Source: Octopus vulgaris
Lineage: Eukaryota
DNA: 64,000 nt
NCBI GenBank assembly: GCA_951406725.2
Contig: OX597827.1
Coordinates: 49,166,001 to 49,230,000 of the forward strand
Reading direction: 5' to 3'
Of this stretch, positions 11,775 to 25,830 are shown one piece after another. Made by a program: the position numbers and the translations under genes. Each line of letters opens with the position of its first letter. Positions within the stretch are counted from its first letter, which is position 1. The notes beneath the pieces are model-generated. The model was not told where the DNA came from. It worked only from the letters and a program-made list of their open reading frames with translations, and did no database searches.

Positions 11775-12411
11775 TACAAAATTTGGCACAAGGCGAGTAA
11801 TTTCGTTTGTTAAGCCAATTACATCGACCCCAGGGCTCAAATGGTAGTTATTTTACTGACCCCGAAAGGATGAATGGCAAAATGGGACTCGATGGAATTT
11901 GAACTCAAAGCGTAAAGACGGAGAAAATGGAACTAAGTATTTTGCTCGACGTGCTAACAATCCTTTCCTACTCTAGGCACAAGGCCCGACATTTTTGGTG
12001 AGGGGGCTAGTCGATTAGATCGACCGCAGTACGCATCTGGTACTTAATTTATCGAACCGCGAAAGGATTAAAGGCAAAGTCGACCTCGGCGGAATTTGAA
12101 CTCAGAACGTAAAGACAGACGAAATACTGCTAAGCATTTCGCCAGTCGTTCTAACGTTTCTGCCAGCTCGCTGCCCTAATCAAATGTAAAATATTCTTTT
12201 CTACTCAAGGCACAAGGCCCGAAATTTGGGGGGAAGGGGTCAGTCGGTTAGATTGACCCCAGTATGCAACTGGTACTTAATTTATCGACCCGCGTAGGAT
12301 GAAAGGCAAAGTCGACCTCGGCGGAATATTGAATTCAGAAGGTAGCGAAAGGTGAAGTACTGCTAAGAATTTCGCCCGGCGTGGTAATAATCCTACCAGC
12401 TCACCACCTTT
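11775..12411 (-). mobile_element. Three head-to-tail SINE family B copies
   Basis: Units at about 11775-11962, 11964-12177 and 12196-12411, each with GGCACAAGGC...GAAAGGATGAAAGGCAAAGTCGACCTCGGCGGAATTTGAACTCAG-like sequence. Confidence 0.85.
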
Positions 12412-12856
12412 TACTATGAAGGAATATAACCAAAATGTTTGACAAATATAATAGCAGCCCTCAGTGAATTACATGCAGTAACATTTCATTTTATTTGTCT
12501 GCTTGTTCTTTCGTTGTGCTGTTTTGGCTCGAGTCATCTCGATCCAATAGACCTGTGATACGAGTCGCCCCAGACATGACCATCTTATTTTTGTGTGTAC
12601 CTAGTTAGGCGTTGTGGCGTGCGCTTTCCCCAGAGAAACCTATCCTGGTCCATTACGCGTCAGCGTATTTGTGCAATCGAAGAGCAACTATATAGAAATG
12701 CTAGAGTAGAAACAACGTAATGTTTTGTATATACGCCATTTTGAAATTCATTTTCAGAAAACAAATTAAACAGATGAGTGAATACGGCAATTACGTTACA
12801 TTAAGTTCATTTTGTGTGTATGCGTTTCTGTAGGTACGTATATGTGCGTAGATGAA

Positions 12857-13048
12857 GGTGTGTGTGTGTATATGTATATATGTGTGTGTGTGTATATGTA
12901 TATATGTATGTTTATAAGTGAGTGCATATATATATATATATGCGTGTGTATATATGTTTATATGTATATATGTGTGTATATGTATGTGTGTGTGTGTATA
13001 TATATGTGTGTGTGTGTGTATATATATGTGTGTGTATATATATATTTA

Positions 13049-13081
<33 letters not shown>

Positions 13082-13207
13082 GTTTGTGTATATATATAGA
13101 TTTAGATGTGTATGGATGGATGGTTGGAGAGATATATGCATGAAATTGTATTTATACACATATATTTGTGTTCCTTTGTTATATACACATAACGTACGCG
13201 TGTGTGT

Positions 13208-13245
<38 letters not shown>
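12857..13245. repeat. Compound (TG)/(TA) microsatellite region
   Basis: Degenerate dinucleotide runs. Confidence 0.9.
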
Positions 13246-13246
<1 letters not shown>

Positions 13247-13759
13247 GAGGGTGTGTCTGTGTATATAAATATATACGTATCTTTAAGATAGGTATGTATG
13301 TATTTATATGTGAATAGTATATTCGTGCGAGTGTGCATGAAGGTATGTATACATGGGTGAGTGTATATATATTGTGTGCGATTTGATTAGTATTTATACT
13401 TTTAATACTGTTCAAGTGATTAAATCTTGCCATAACTTCAGAGAAAAATGTGTTGTATATTTGTGTGTATGTGTGTTCTGTGTCTGTATGTGTATATTAC
13501 GCGACTGTGTGCCTCTCAATTTTCGTCAGTTCTTTGAATTATTCCTATGAAGGCTGGAATGGTTTGTAACTAATAAATCAAAATTCTGAATTGGAATTTA
13601 AATAAAAACGTTTGTAAAGCGTAACATATTCAATAGTATAGTCTTGTATATTCATCTTACAGACTAAATTTGCAGATTACATCTTAGTAACATAAGCAAA
13701 GGCTCGGCTTATTACAAGTACAGATTGAAGTTTATAGCTTGGGTTGCGAAGATATAGGC

Positions 13760-13855
13760 TTGTTGTGTGGTAAGAACTTCTCAACTACATGGTTCCGAGT
13801 TCAGTCTCACCTTAGGCATGTGTATTGTACTATAACAACTATAAGAAACCTGTCG

Positions 13856-13940
<85 letters not shown>

Positions 13941-14165
13941 CTGTATACATTTATGTATGTTTGCCCCCCCCCCCCACCGCTTGACAACTATTATTGTGTG
14001 TTTACGTCCTCTGTAACTTAGCGCTTCGGCGAAAGCTACCAACATAAGTATTAGGCTTTAAAAAATGAAATAAATACTAGGATCGATTAGTTCGGCTAAA
14101 ATTCCTCCAAGTGGTTCATCAGTATAGCAGCATTTTAATGATTGAAACAGGCATAACATAAAGAA
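13760..14165 (+). mobile_element. SINE family C, decayed, with expanded internal (CA)(TA)(TG)
   Basis: TGTGTGGTAAGAAC..CATGGTTCCGAGTTCAGTC head; CGCTTGACAAC..GTAACTTAGCGCTTCGGC body. Confidence 0.7.
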
Positions 14166-14357
14166 GTTTCGATTGTTTTTCAATGATCCTAAATCGGATG
14201 TACTCAACCGTTGGGTTGTTCATATCAGCGATACTAGATTTCTTTTCTACAATCTGAACAAGTATGTGCGGCATTTCTTTAGCATTCAGTAGCAGATTTT
14301 AATGAGAATATTTCACAATTATTCGCTGATGCCTCTTTGCAATTAAATCCTAGTTAG

Positions 14358-14655
14358 TGAGGGCGCGTGGACCGATGGTTAGAGTGTTGCACTGACAATC
14401 ATGTTATGGTGATTTCGACTCCTGGGCAGGGCAGTGTGTTGTGTTCTTGAACAAAATACTTCATTTCACATTGCTATTCGATCCTTTTGACACCCGACGT
14501 TTTGCTCACGTGTATTTCAACAGGTAAAGTCGATTTGATGGCGGGTGTGATCTCTAAACAGAACAAACACTTGATAACTATATGCATGTCATATGTGCAG
14601 GCTGTTCAGCAAGACATTGCGGAATCATCTTTCTCATATATCGAAAGACTACCAA
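14358..14655 (+). mobile_element. tRNA-head SINE (head 2), decayed
   Basis: GGGCGCGTGG..GATGGTTAGAGTGTTG...GTGTTGTGTTCTTGAACAAAATACTTCATTTCAC matches the 3113 head. Confidence 0.6.
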
Positions 14656-16079
14656 GAAAGAAAGCCCAGATTAACCCTAGACCTATGATAAATGGCATTA
14701 CAACGATGGCGATTCCTTTTGTTTCGTATACCAATTTCTTTATTGCCCACTGGGGGCCAAACATAGAAATGGACAGAACAACTGATGGGATCAGTAAAGT
14801 GATATGATTTTATATATGTGACTTTAAAAATTTAAATACAATATAAAAAAAGCGAATGGAATTAACAATACAAAAACAATACAAATGAAGCGATGATCAG
14901 GCCACGCTCTGACCCCACAAGCCCCGATCTACCGTTGGTACCTTTTTTTGTTCTTTTTTCCCCTCTTTTCACGCGGTTCCTTGCACGCACAACACTCGTG
15001 CAACATGCTTCTATCTCTTTTGGAACGTACACTCCGACAGACATCTCTTCTCCAGCCACAGCTTCCTTTTCAAAAGAAAAGAAAAAAATGATCGTAAATT
15101 GTGGCCAGAGATAAAGTTGCCTGTCTTAATTCCTTTTATTCTAGTCTTTCATACTGCCTCTTTCGCTATTGCTACAACCGTGAGAAAACAATTCTTACCT
15201 TCATTCGTTAAAACTCCCGGTGGGTCAATTTTTATAATTGACCCACCGAGAGTTTTAACGAACGAAAGTAAGAATTTTTTTCGTATACCATGGACTAAAT
15301 TATTCAAGTGTCATTTTTTTTTAAGATGCCAGAGATTTATTCGAGGAAGATTTGCATGCGCCTTCTTGCTTTAGAAAACAAAATACATCACGACACACAA
15401 GAGTATGAGGATGATAATTTTAAAGGAAAGGATACGTTATATGCGTAAGAATCATCCATTAACACAGCCGATATTTTCAGTTGCATGGTCAATGATTAAG
15501 GGTTTCGATATTTTTACATGGTGTTGTTTGGCATAAAAATCTATCAAAGTATGTTGAACGGTATATCTTTTTATTTAAATTAGATCGTGACTCTAATGAT
15601 GCATGTTTTTTCGGTAACGGATTACGATCATAATTTTGAGAGTTCAATTCCTTGGTCGGAAAGTGCGATGCTTTCTTGAGTAAATTATTTCATTTCAGGT
15701 TGGTTCAGTTTACTTAGCTAGCACAGAGTCTGCCAATATTTTCAAACTTTAAACAATTTTAAACGATGCCCGAAGATAGAATACCTATTCCAGCATTTTA
15801 ATAATATTTTGTACTCAGAGGTTGTTTGTTGCTTTTTGAAAATGTATTTCCGTTGCCGCTTTGCCAAGAGGATTAGTCTTAGACTGAACACAAATCCAAC
15901 GGTGATTTGAAAAAGGTGGAGGAAACAGAACACCTTTAATTTTCCTGTTACCGTCACAACAGAAAAAAATATTTTCTATTTATTCCATGTTTTATTTGCG
16001 AAGATTTTAACCTGTGTATTGTGTAAAGGAGGTTTGGGTAGCTTTTCTGGATTGCAGAGAGTATATAGCTTTTTCCCTC

Positions 16080-16340
16080 TCATGCGGTTTCGAGTTCAGT
16101 GCAGAACCTTGGGCAAGTATCTTCTCCTATAACTCCTGGCCGACCATCGCTCGTGAGTGAATTTGGTAGACGAAAACTCAGTGGAAAACTGCTGTATGTG
16201 TGTATATATGGGTGCGTGTATGCGGGTGCCTTTACGTTTGTGTTTGTTCTTCCGACTGCTTGATAACTGTTGTTGATTTGCTTACGTTCTCGTAACTTAG
16301 TCGTTTGGCAAAAAGGACTCGATGAAATAAGCTTCATACT
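16080..16340 (+). mobile_element. SINE family C, decayed
   Basis: ACCTTGGGCAAGTATCTTCT...GAGTGAATTTGGTAGACGAAAACT...CGTAACTTAG. Confidence 0.7.
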
Positions 16341-17590
16341 TGTTCCAGTAAACCTTCAAAGAGTTAGTAATGGGGAAATATAACCTCGCGTGCCCATCAC
16401 TTACAAGTATATATAATTTTTTATCTCGTGAAATGTTTAGTAGTCATTATATCCAATGTATGTCTCCTTACACTTCCGTCTACGCCGCCCTTAAATGTTG
16501 CACCACAAAACCTCGGTCTTTCCCGTCAAAATGATTCAACAACAAAACAATTAAGTACATCAGTTTTTATTTTAGTTCGTTCGCTTGATAAACCGTTTGA
16601 TTGTCAGATCTGATTTTCTCGGAAACTACTAAACCAAGGAATACAATTTTGTTTATCAATGGTTATTACTACGGAAAATATTGTTTTGTTTTTCGAAATT
16701 TTTACGTTCTCATTGTTTGAATATAGACTGATCGTAAATACAAAAAAAAGAAGGTAGGGAAAACAAAAATTGAATCACTTATACGGAAAATTAAATCAAT
16801 TATACGGAAATTGAAATACAATTTGCTTACAGACGTTTATGATTAAAGAACCCAGTTACTCATGAAGCGAAATGAATTGTAGATGAACAAATGGCTGATA
16901 ACACACATATCTACATACGAAACAGTTTAAAATATTATGGCTATAAAAGCTAAGCAAGAAGAAAATATATTCAGATACTGATCTCATATCGTATTTCTTT
17001 TATCTTTTAATTGTTTCAGTTATTGGACTGATGCTATGCTGAGGCACCGCCTTGAAGTACTTCCGTCTTTTTAAAGCTTAGTACTTGTTTTATCGGGCTT
17101 TTAGACAGAAACAACACAACAACGGTTGTCAAGCAAGCAGAGTAGACACAAGCACACACACACACATATATATATATATTATACAAAGCACACAGTCGTA
17201 CAACTCCACCTTTGTGCTTGTTTCTTATAAGTCTAATACGATTTTTATTGCTCTCAGTATAAATATGTAGATGTGTATGAGTGTGTGAGTTTGCGTGTCT
17301 TACTGTTTGCCCATAGCTACCACATGTTAACTGGTGTTGGTTAGTTTTATGACCCGTGACATCAGTAGTTTAATAATAAAAAAAAAGAAACCGATAGTAT
17401 GGGTACCAAGCTTTAAAAAATATAAGTACTATGATCGATTTGTTTGACTAACCCTTCAATGTGATGTCCCAGTATTGGCCGCTGTTCAATGACTAAAACA
17501 AGAATAAAAGAGTAAAACAAAATGGCCAACGAATATAAATTCTGTGTTGGGACATGGATAAACGTAAATACGACGTTACAAGCATCACTT

Positions 17591-17619
<29 letters not shown>

Positions 17620-17627
<8 letters not shown>

Positions 17628-20330
17628 ATCCATGGTTATAGGCATCTTACGTATTATTCTTCATGCAACCTAAGTATTTAGCATGACTTCCTGTAACATA
17701 TTATTGTTGATGAATCTAATAGCTTATATCGGAAGCATAAAATCTCCAGAAAATCATTCGTATGCAATATCAACAAAGTGGGGGAGAAATGCTTCTCATA
17801 TTTCACATGGCCGAACTTCTAAAATGTTGGAGGTATATTTCCCAGACCATCTAAGTTAGAGATTTTTATACGTTAATAGAGATCACATGCGTGAACGTTA
17901 CTATTTTCTTAGCACCACGGCATGTTAATCTCAGTTTAACAAATCTTGTATGTAATATAAAAACCGCCATGTTAAAGAGACTTCGAAAATGTGTAAATGT
18001 CGCTCTAAAACAATGCGTCGTGCATTACACTGAACAATTCTTCCCTGGGTCCCCTATATTTAGAACTGTTTCAATGTACCCATCTTGAAAGTGCTTGTTT
18101 TTATTCGCGGTTTTCTTATAGTTCTAAAGATGGGCTTCACATATAATTATGTAGCTAATTCTTTTACCATTGCTAATGCTTTTTCATATCCATTTGGAAG
18201 ATAATCAATTAAGCAATTAGTAGCGTTATATTCTTTAATGAAATTACGCTAGACAATTCTACAGAGACCATCTGTACTGTTTCCCTGTCAGCATTTCTTC
18301 TAAAGCTATGCCAAACAGTCGTTATCAGTACTAGACAAACGATAATTTTCAGTTTGTAATACAAAATTGTGACGGTGGGCGACCAAGTGGTTGGGTTGTT
18401 GCATGTTCTAACGAACGTTGTTTCGTTTTCCCGGACCGGGTGTTGCGTTGTATGCCATAAGCAGAACATTATATTTCACATTACTGCAGTCCACTTAAGT
18501 ATGAGTTCCAGCAAGTTCAGCTGCGATGACACTGGGTCTCGTTCAGGGGAATGGAGTGGGGGGTGGGGAGTATGTTGTAATCTCAGTCACTTATAGGCAA
18601 TGGAAGAAAGGTTAAGCTCTGGTCTTGTTGAATCTATGAATTCATTAAAGACCTAAGTATAATTCTAACATAGAAGAAACTCAAAACTGTTTTATTTCAT
18701 ATTGCAAACCTGAGGTATGATTTCCGAATATTCGTTGCGAACTTCACAAATTTCTTTTGTTTCATAAGTAATAACTTCATGACATTCTGATCTGTCCTCA
18801 CAGCAATGTTTTTCCATGAGGCATTTGGCATTTGTTCCTCAATACATGTTACTAAAAAAAATATAGACAGAAAACGAAAACGGTACCAAAACATGTGTTG
18901 CACCTCCTTTGTCACCATTGCAACGAAGCTATGACGTCTTCAAGGTATATAAATGATCGCGTGAATTTTACTTGATGTTCCGTGCACGAGCCTTTTCAGT
19001 CTCTCTTTTGCTTCAGTTTTTTTTAGTGTTGCTGGTCATATTTGGGCTATTATTGCAATCCTTTGACGCTACATCTATGTGCAAGTCTAGACTCTCTCTC
19101 TGTCTCTTTCTCTCTCTCTCTCTTACACAAACACACGCGCAACATGCACTCGTACAATGAAACATAAAAAGAAAACTACGCCATTGTTGTGACGCTGGCC
19201 AAGTTAGGTAAATAATAAAAGGATGACATTAAAGGCTTTACGGTTACATTTTCACTTAACATCGTTTCGGCTAATGCACATTTTCTGTTTGCTTTTGAAT
19301 CATTTGTTAACTTCTAAAATGTAAGAGGGTTTTGCTTTTGCACCCTTTTCTTTTTTATAATTGTTTACTTATAGTATCTATAACTGATTTATATCTCACT
19401 AAAAGTAATTTTGTTTATGTCTTCTGCATCTTAAAATAGATTGTAACTGAAACATCTTCCGCAGAACATAGATCAGAGGTCATTCTAAGATGAAGTCGAA
19501 ATATTTAGCTTTTTAACCCGGTTTAAGAGCTTTTCCTAAACAGCATTTTCCAACAAACAGATGCTTTCAGTCGGAACACTTTTTTTTCTATACTGAATGC
19601 GAGCTTCTTTAGAGACAACCGGACGTAAATGTTCGTCCATTATCAAATCCAATTTTATATTAGTTTCAACAAGACCTAAAACATTTCTATTGTGCGGTGC
19701 AGATAATGTGTCTGAAATTCCTCTGAAAGCCAAATTTTGTTCCGTTAAATACTGATTAATGCTCATTAAATGTTCCAGAACTTTACACCAACACTCTCCG
19801 TTCGTTTTCCACACGTGACTGCATCTTCTTATCAATAGAAATCGTAGTGATGCTTCGAGTCACTTCTTAAAACATTCCAGATGATGTACTTAATTTTCAT
19901 GTGGCTACAAATATTCATGAGCATGCTCCTAGTCATTAATTCCAGATTTTACCAAATTGTCTGGTTTCAGAATCCAAAAACTTTGCGACGAAACAATAAA
20001 TTTTATTGGCGTTCTCTGACGAAATAAGTCACCTTCTCGCAAAGTTTTCACCATTTTAAATGTTCTCATACATCATCGGAACAAAGAATCTATGTATATT
20101 TGCAACTTTAGGAAATCTATTGTTTGTTAAAAAAGGATGTAGACCCGTCTATAATATAATCAGTTTCCGTTACCGATTCATCTGGTCAGCGTCTTGAAAC
20201 ATAGTAATTGATATTTCTTGAGAGGAAATTTTCAACTTCACTTGTAAAATTGCTAGAATTTGTTAAAGTGTCATTAATGCATTTTCAACAACATTGCAAG
20301 TGCAGCAGTGATGTTTCGATTTGAGCGTAC
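17620..20330 (-). pseudogene. Fossil hAT transposase (ZMYM1/DUF4371-like), fragmented and interrupted
   Basis: ORF 19536-19835 has QNLAFRG..D....NRNVLGLVE....D..M.EHL; upstream ENANKIYCF (TTF-finger-like) near 19985-20020; NGYEKALAMVKELA near 18150-18200; dimerisation-domain-like LNT*VA*RIIRKMPIT....ER at 17620-17690; many stops and frameshifts; boundaries approximate. Confidence 0.7.
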
Positions 20331-20347
20331 ATTTGTCCTTACTAATT

Positions 20348-20722
20348 GTTGGTACTCCGTCGGTTACGACGACAAGGGTTCCAGTTGATCCGATCAACGG
20401 AACAGCCTGCTCGTGAAATTAACGTGCAAGTGGCTGAGCACTCCGCAGATACGTGTACCCTTAATGTAGTTCTCGGGGAGATTCAGCGTGACACAGTGTG
20501 ACAAGGCTGGCCCTTTCAAATACAGGTACAGCAGAAACTGAAAGAAAGAGTGAGAGAAAGTTGTGGTGAAAGAGTACAGCAGGGCTCGCGACCAGCCCCT
20601 GCTGGAGCCTCGTGGAGCTTTAGGTGTTTTCACTCAATAAACACAACACCCGGTCTGGGAATCGAAACCGCGATCCTACAACTGCGAGTTCGCTGCCCTT
20701 ACCACTGGGCCATTGCGCCTCC
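20348..20722 (-). mobile_element. SINE family A (head 1 + body N)
   Basis: Reverse complement of the 28473/57465 family; 11-bp TSD CCTTACTAATT at 20337-20347 and 20725-20735. Confidence 0.92.
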
Positions 20723-23700
20723 ACCCTTACTAATTAGAATGTACACTATCTTTAATTGGTTAGACTAATAACCGTGAGAGACAGGTGTAGCAGGGTTCGA
20801 CTTGCATTGTGAACTCTGGTAGATTTACCGCTGTAAGAACTATACAGCTTTGGGAGCTTTTTGTTTTCTTCATCTTCTTATAATGCGGGTACGAAAATAA
20901 TTTACAATTGGGTTATTGGTTCACTTCCTTTAGCTCGGGTGGATGACAAACTTACCAGTGAAGAAATAAGTCAACTTATAACCAATGAAGAAAGTTGATC
21001 AGATACGAAGGAGACGGTAAGCTCACTCATAACGGTTTAAGTGTCCCAGATTCCTGGTTGTGTGAGAAATTCCACAGAAAGTTGTGCTTTGTACAACTAT
21101 GATTTGGTAAAGGGGAGTAGGTTAAGTATATGAAAGGATTAAGGATGCAGACTGTCCAAATGCTATTATTGCTCGGACTTGTTTAATCTAAATGCTGGAA
21201 TGAGCTCCCAAAATTTCAACACAAACTAGTCCGCTAGCCGAAAAACCGTTTTATATAAATATTTTAGTGAACCTCCCGTGCTATTTAATATCCTTGCTTC
21301 ATAATTCGTTTATGGACGAGATGCTCCGTTACAATATTTCTTTTGTTATTTAAAAGTTATTGTTTATGTTGCAGTTACTATATTGATAAGAAAGAATTTG
21401 ATGCCTCCCTTGTCAGTGTTCTTAAAAGAAACATTTAGACTGACTTCTCACAGTTTGAACTTGCTTAATACAATCATCGACTTTTATGTACGCTTAAGTT
21501 AATCAAAATAACACCGGGTGTCGTGGAACAGCGTTTCGTTCATGTAAATTAATTGAGCGAGCATACATCAGTTTTGGAACGGGAAGAAGCTTGATATGAT
21601 AGTCTTCATGCTGAGAATGCAACAACGTCTGGTTTTAGTTTAGCACTGGAATGTGTAACCCAACTAAATTATGGAAAGCAACACATAGCATAGCAATAAA
21701 TTATTTCTCTTTTGCCTTAGAAATATCTTTCAGAAATATAATGTAACCATCTAGGAAAACTCTGAGTAACGTCATCACCATTTCTGTTAACTATATAAAA
21801 TATATACACTTTGTAATAAATTCTTTTCTTCCTTTATATAACACAACACACATATGGCCTTGCAAAGAAGTGACAAGTGCGTTTTTATTTGAATAATAGT
21901 GAAGTTGTAAACTAGATATGAATCTTCGGATTAAGATGTATAAATTGTTTACATTTTCTAATTCGTAAAGGGGGACCGTTTAAATTTTAAAAATTGATTT
22001 TAAAAAGTCGAAATGTTATGAAGAGGAATTTTATTAATTAGTCTGCGATCCAAGTGTTTTTTCATAAATAGCTATTACTTTTTCGTAAAGTCATTTAATG
22101 AAAAATTTTATTCATTGTTGATGTTAAACTATTACATACTTCGAATTGTTTTGTTATTAATAATGATCCGAAACCATCTAATTTGCATCCAGTATAAGTC
22201 CATACACGCTCAATATTTAAAGCTAATTTTCTTAAAATGAATGCATATAATAATAATCTTTTTCCTAACAGCTTTCCAAACTCTAACTAGCAAATAACTT
22301 TTGAAACATTTTCAGCAGTTACATCCTTATTCAACCGACTGACTACTGTATATTTTTCCAAACCTGATGAATGTAAACTGACTTAAACGACAGACAAATA
22401 ACGCACTTCGTGAAACGTGAAATAATTCATACTTTAGAAGGTTATGTTGCCTATCTAAAGCAGCTTTTGCTTCTGAATCATGACAAAAATGAGCAGACGA
22501 ACCGAGACGAGTGACCAGATCTACCGCGACAATATTGAAATAAGAATGCTCCGTCCACAGTCAAATTTTCTCATATTCTGTTAAACAGGTAGGGCCAGCA
22601 TTCTCAATTCTTTATGTTTACTATTAAATTAGTAGTTCAATTCATTTGACCTCATATGTTACAATCAAAGATACAGCTTCTTTGATTTCATTCACCTCAC
22701 AACTAACTCTACCTCTTGATAACCTCTGAAGTTTCGATTCTTTAAAGGGGGTCATAGCCTTTAATGAATCGAAGGTCTTGAAAGTCACACCAAACTGATA
22801 CATTCTTCTTTAATATACACATTCTTGCTGAAAACTGAATGTATTTCTTTATGTCCGAACCAAACGACTCAGTCTCCACTTCTGGTAACACGTTCACCTA
22901 CGTAACATTTTAAAGGAAGATTAACTTTCTTCAAACCATTTTCACATTACGTTATCTAAATGTCATTATTATTTTAAAAGTTCCCATACATTAGACGTTA
23001 TATACCCCTAAGTACGTGGCGCCCAAGGTGATTCTTGCAGTTGCCTCTATCTACAGCCGACCGCGACAGCAACATTATTTCTTTCAGATATTTGAACCAG
23101 TAAAGATGTTCACAGTACAAAATACATTCAGATGCTCACAAGAAATGTAGAGAAATGTTTTTACAAACACAAGGGTGCATAGCAACATAATTATTTCTCA
23201 TTAATGGAAGTTTTAATAGATACTTTTAAATTCAAATACTGGGTACACATAAATATATAGAGAGAAATATTTTCACTGACTCAGATACAAAGCTATATAA
23301 TTTCTTTCGGTTATTGATGGCTATAAAACTTAGTTCCGTAAAATACATTCAGATATTAACCGCATATCCAGTGAATATTTTTCTTTTCATTTTCATTGGT
23401 TAACTTGCTGGTTAATATTAAGTAAATTATTTTTATTTTTATGCGGCGGATTAGAATGGCGAACGCATCAAACGTTGCCCTGTTTGCAAATAATTTATAT
23501 CTAATCAAAACTAAAATCAATATTCTGTAGATATCAAGGCAGCCTTTTTTTATATAGATTCTTTAATTTTCTAGCAAACATCGCCATTAATGACCAGTGT
23601 GTGCTGAGATATAAATTTGCCGAGAACGATTCACGATAATCGTCGTGATCAAACTTAAGGGGGTATGCTCACATGACTCTAAAGCAATGCAGCATGACAA

Positions 23701-24225
23701 ATGTTACGCAACACCAACGATCGGATCTTAGTGAAAGCGGCGAGTATACGTGAATGTGGATGCGAACACCAAAAGAAAATCTGAACGTTCACTGTAATGA
23801 TGTCCTGCTTCAAATTAAAATACACAGTTCATTAAAATACAATTAACTTTTAATAGATCGTGTGTTCTAGGTTCATTTCGTGCCTCGTTAACTTTGCCTT
23901 TCATACTTTCGGGATCGATAATACAATGTACCTGTACTGGGGCTGATGGTATCGACGTAACGACTCTTCTCATGATTATTGTCCTCATATCAAATTAAGA
24001 TAGTACCATAGCGTGTGAGAACCCATATAATTTAGAGGTTAATTTTTATTTGAACTCTCTGAAATTATCGTTTTCATGACTTCTTCAAAAGTGCTGATAT
24101 TGTCGCTCAGTATCATCTTAGTTTTGATCGATCCCTAATCGAAAGTATTGCAGTTGTGGTTATCCAGAATTTTATTCAGATATAGAGTACATAGTGCTAC
24201 ATGTTTTCAATGTATCTCCTTTGTT

Positions 24226-24458
24226 TTAATTCTTTTCCTACTAACCCGCGCCTCAGACCACTTTTGATTCTACGATACAACTTTCCTGTTTTAAATTGTT
24301 CTAAGTTTACAACCATCCATCAAAATTTCATGTGCATTTCTGTTTCAAACACTAATTTAATAATGACAAAACTATTTTACTAAGTCCTTCATTATGTTCA
24401 GAATCAACTGAAGCGCTGACAATGTGATTCAACAGAAATATACTAACAAAATAGGTAG
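24226..24458. mobile_element. Decayed MITE, possibly piggyBac-type
   Basis: Begins at TTAA with degenerate inverted ends; recognised by resemblance only. Confidence 0.3.
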
Positions 24459-25491
24459 GACGCTAATGTGTTATTTAGGTTAACTTGGTTGTTATTCCTC
24501 TTAAAGCATGCGACCTGATGTAATCTCTCCATATTTCTCTCGACATATTTCTCTCTGGAGAAAACAAAGAGAAGCACAACATTTTTTAATGATAACTCCT
24601 CTTGTTCGGATCCTAGAATAGCAGAATCGATTAATCATGGGGTTCAACGCCTCCCATTTACGTTCCTTTGAATATTGAATTCAATTTGCATCGGGGCAAG
24701 GTCAAAAATGAAATAAGTTACGATGAAGTATTGGAGGTGATATAATCGATTACACTTTCCACCAAAATTTGTGATAATGTGTGTTAATTATTATAAATCT
24801 TTTTGAAGAAAATCGTTCACGTTAATTAGTTAATTAATTACAGTAGCGATTTTTCAAGATATTTTACTCTACTACACCATCAATTAGGCAGTAACCGTGT
24901 TATAGCATATCACCATCTTCTGCAAACAATGTTTGTGTGTGTACGTACCTATATGATAGATAGAGATTGAGATAGATAGATAGATAGATAGTACATTAAA
25001 AACAGTTACCTTTGATAACTAAATATCCGACACCTCAAAATCTCGCGCCATGTCTGCAGTAAAGTGTGAAGTACACAACTTTTACTTACGTTTTCTTTGA
25101 ATAATATTTGGAGTTACTTTCTTCTGTTTCTCATAACTAAAAATAGACAGCAAAATCTTCCATAAAATCGATAAGGACCGACTATTTATAAACTACTCAT
25201 TGTGCTTAACACAACATATATTCGGTTGGTTTTATCTTTATTTAATTACTTTTCCGTTATGGAATAGTCACCATGACGTCTTTGGAGCACTTCCCATACT
25301 AGTGGAGATCAGGTCTGGACGTTTTCAAAAGATTGCACTCTGCTTTAGGAACCCAAGCGCATGTGGTGATGTCAATTCGGACAAAAATCTAAGTCAACCA
25401 CCCAAGATCTTGGCTATAAAAAGTAAGTGTAATGGAATAATGTTTTAGATTTAAAGATAATGGGGAAGTATTTTATAACAATAAGAAAATA

Positions 25492-25830
25492 TTTTGTGTC
25501 TGGGGAGAGTCGTTCTCTTTTAGTTCCTTATTTAACAAACTCACGGCTCCGATTTCCACTCATTAATTTTTTTTTCTCAAATTTTCGTTGCGTCTTAAAA
25601 CTAATTCAGTAGTTGTTGACTCTGAATGGACAGAGTCAACGACTATTGAAGAGGTTGCAAGACGCAATAAAAATTTTAGAAAACATGAATAAACAAATGA
25701 GTGGAAATCGAACTGGTGAGTGTGTTAATAATAAGACACTAAAAGAAAATGACTCACCTTAGACACAACAGAATATGCTTCAACACACGAATTCACAAAA
25801 ATAATCTTGCAAACCAAATACAAAAACGAC
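25492..25830 (+). mobile_element. Fold-back element family F2 with TSD and hammerhead-like motif; probable Penelope-like remnant
   Basis: Arms ~25492-25624 / 25631-25770, tail to 25830; 11-bp TSD ATAAGAAAATA at 25481-25491 and 25831-25841; tail recurs at ~47872-47920. Confidence 0.8.

Noticed and set aside
14862-15374. Cluster of short non-repetitive ORFs
   Set aside because: No recognisable domain, no consistent splice signals, overlapping on both strands
21300-23100. Microsatellite-free AT-rich stretch, possibly an old transposase
   Set aside because: No motif could be recovered convincingly by eye
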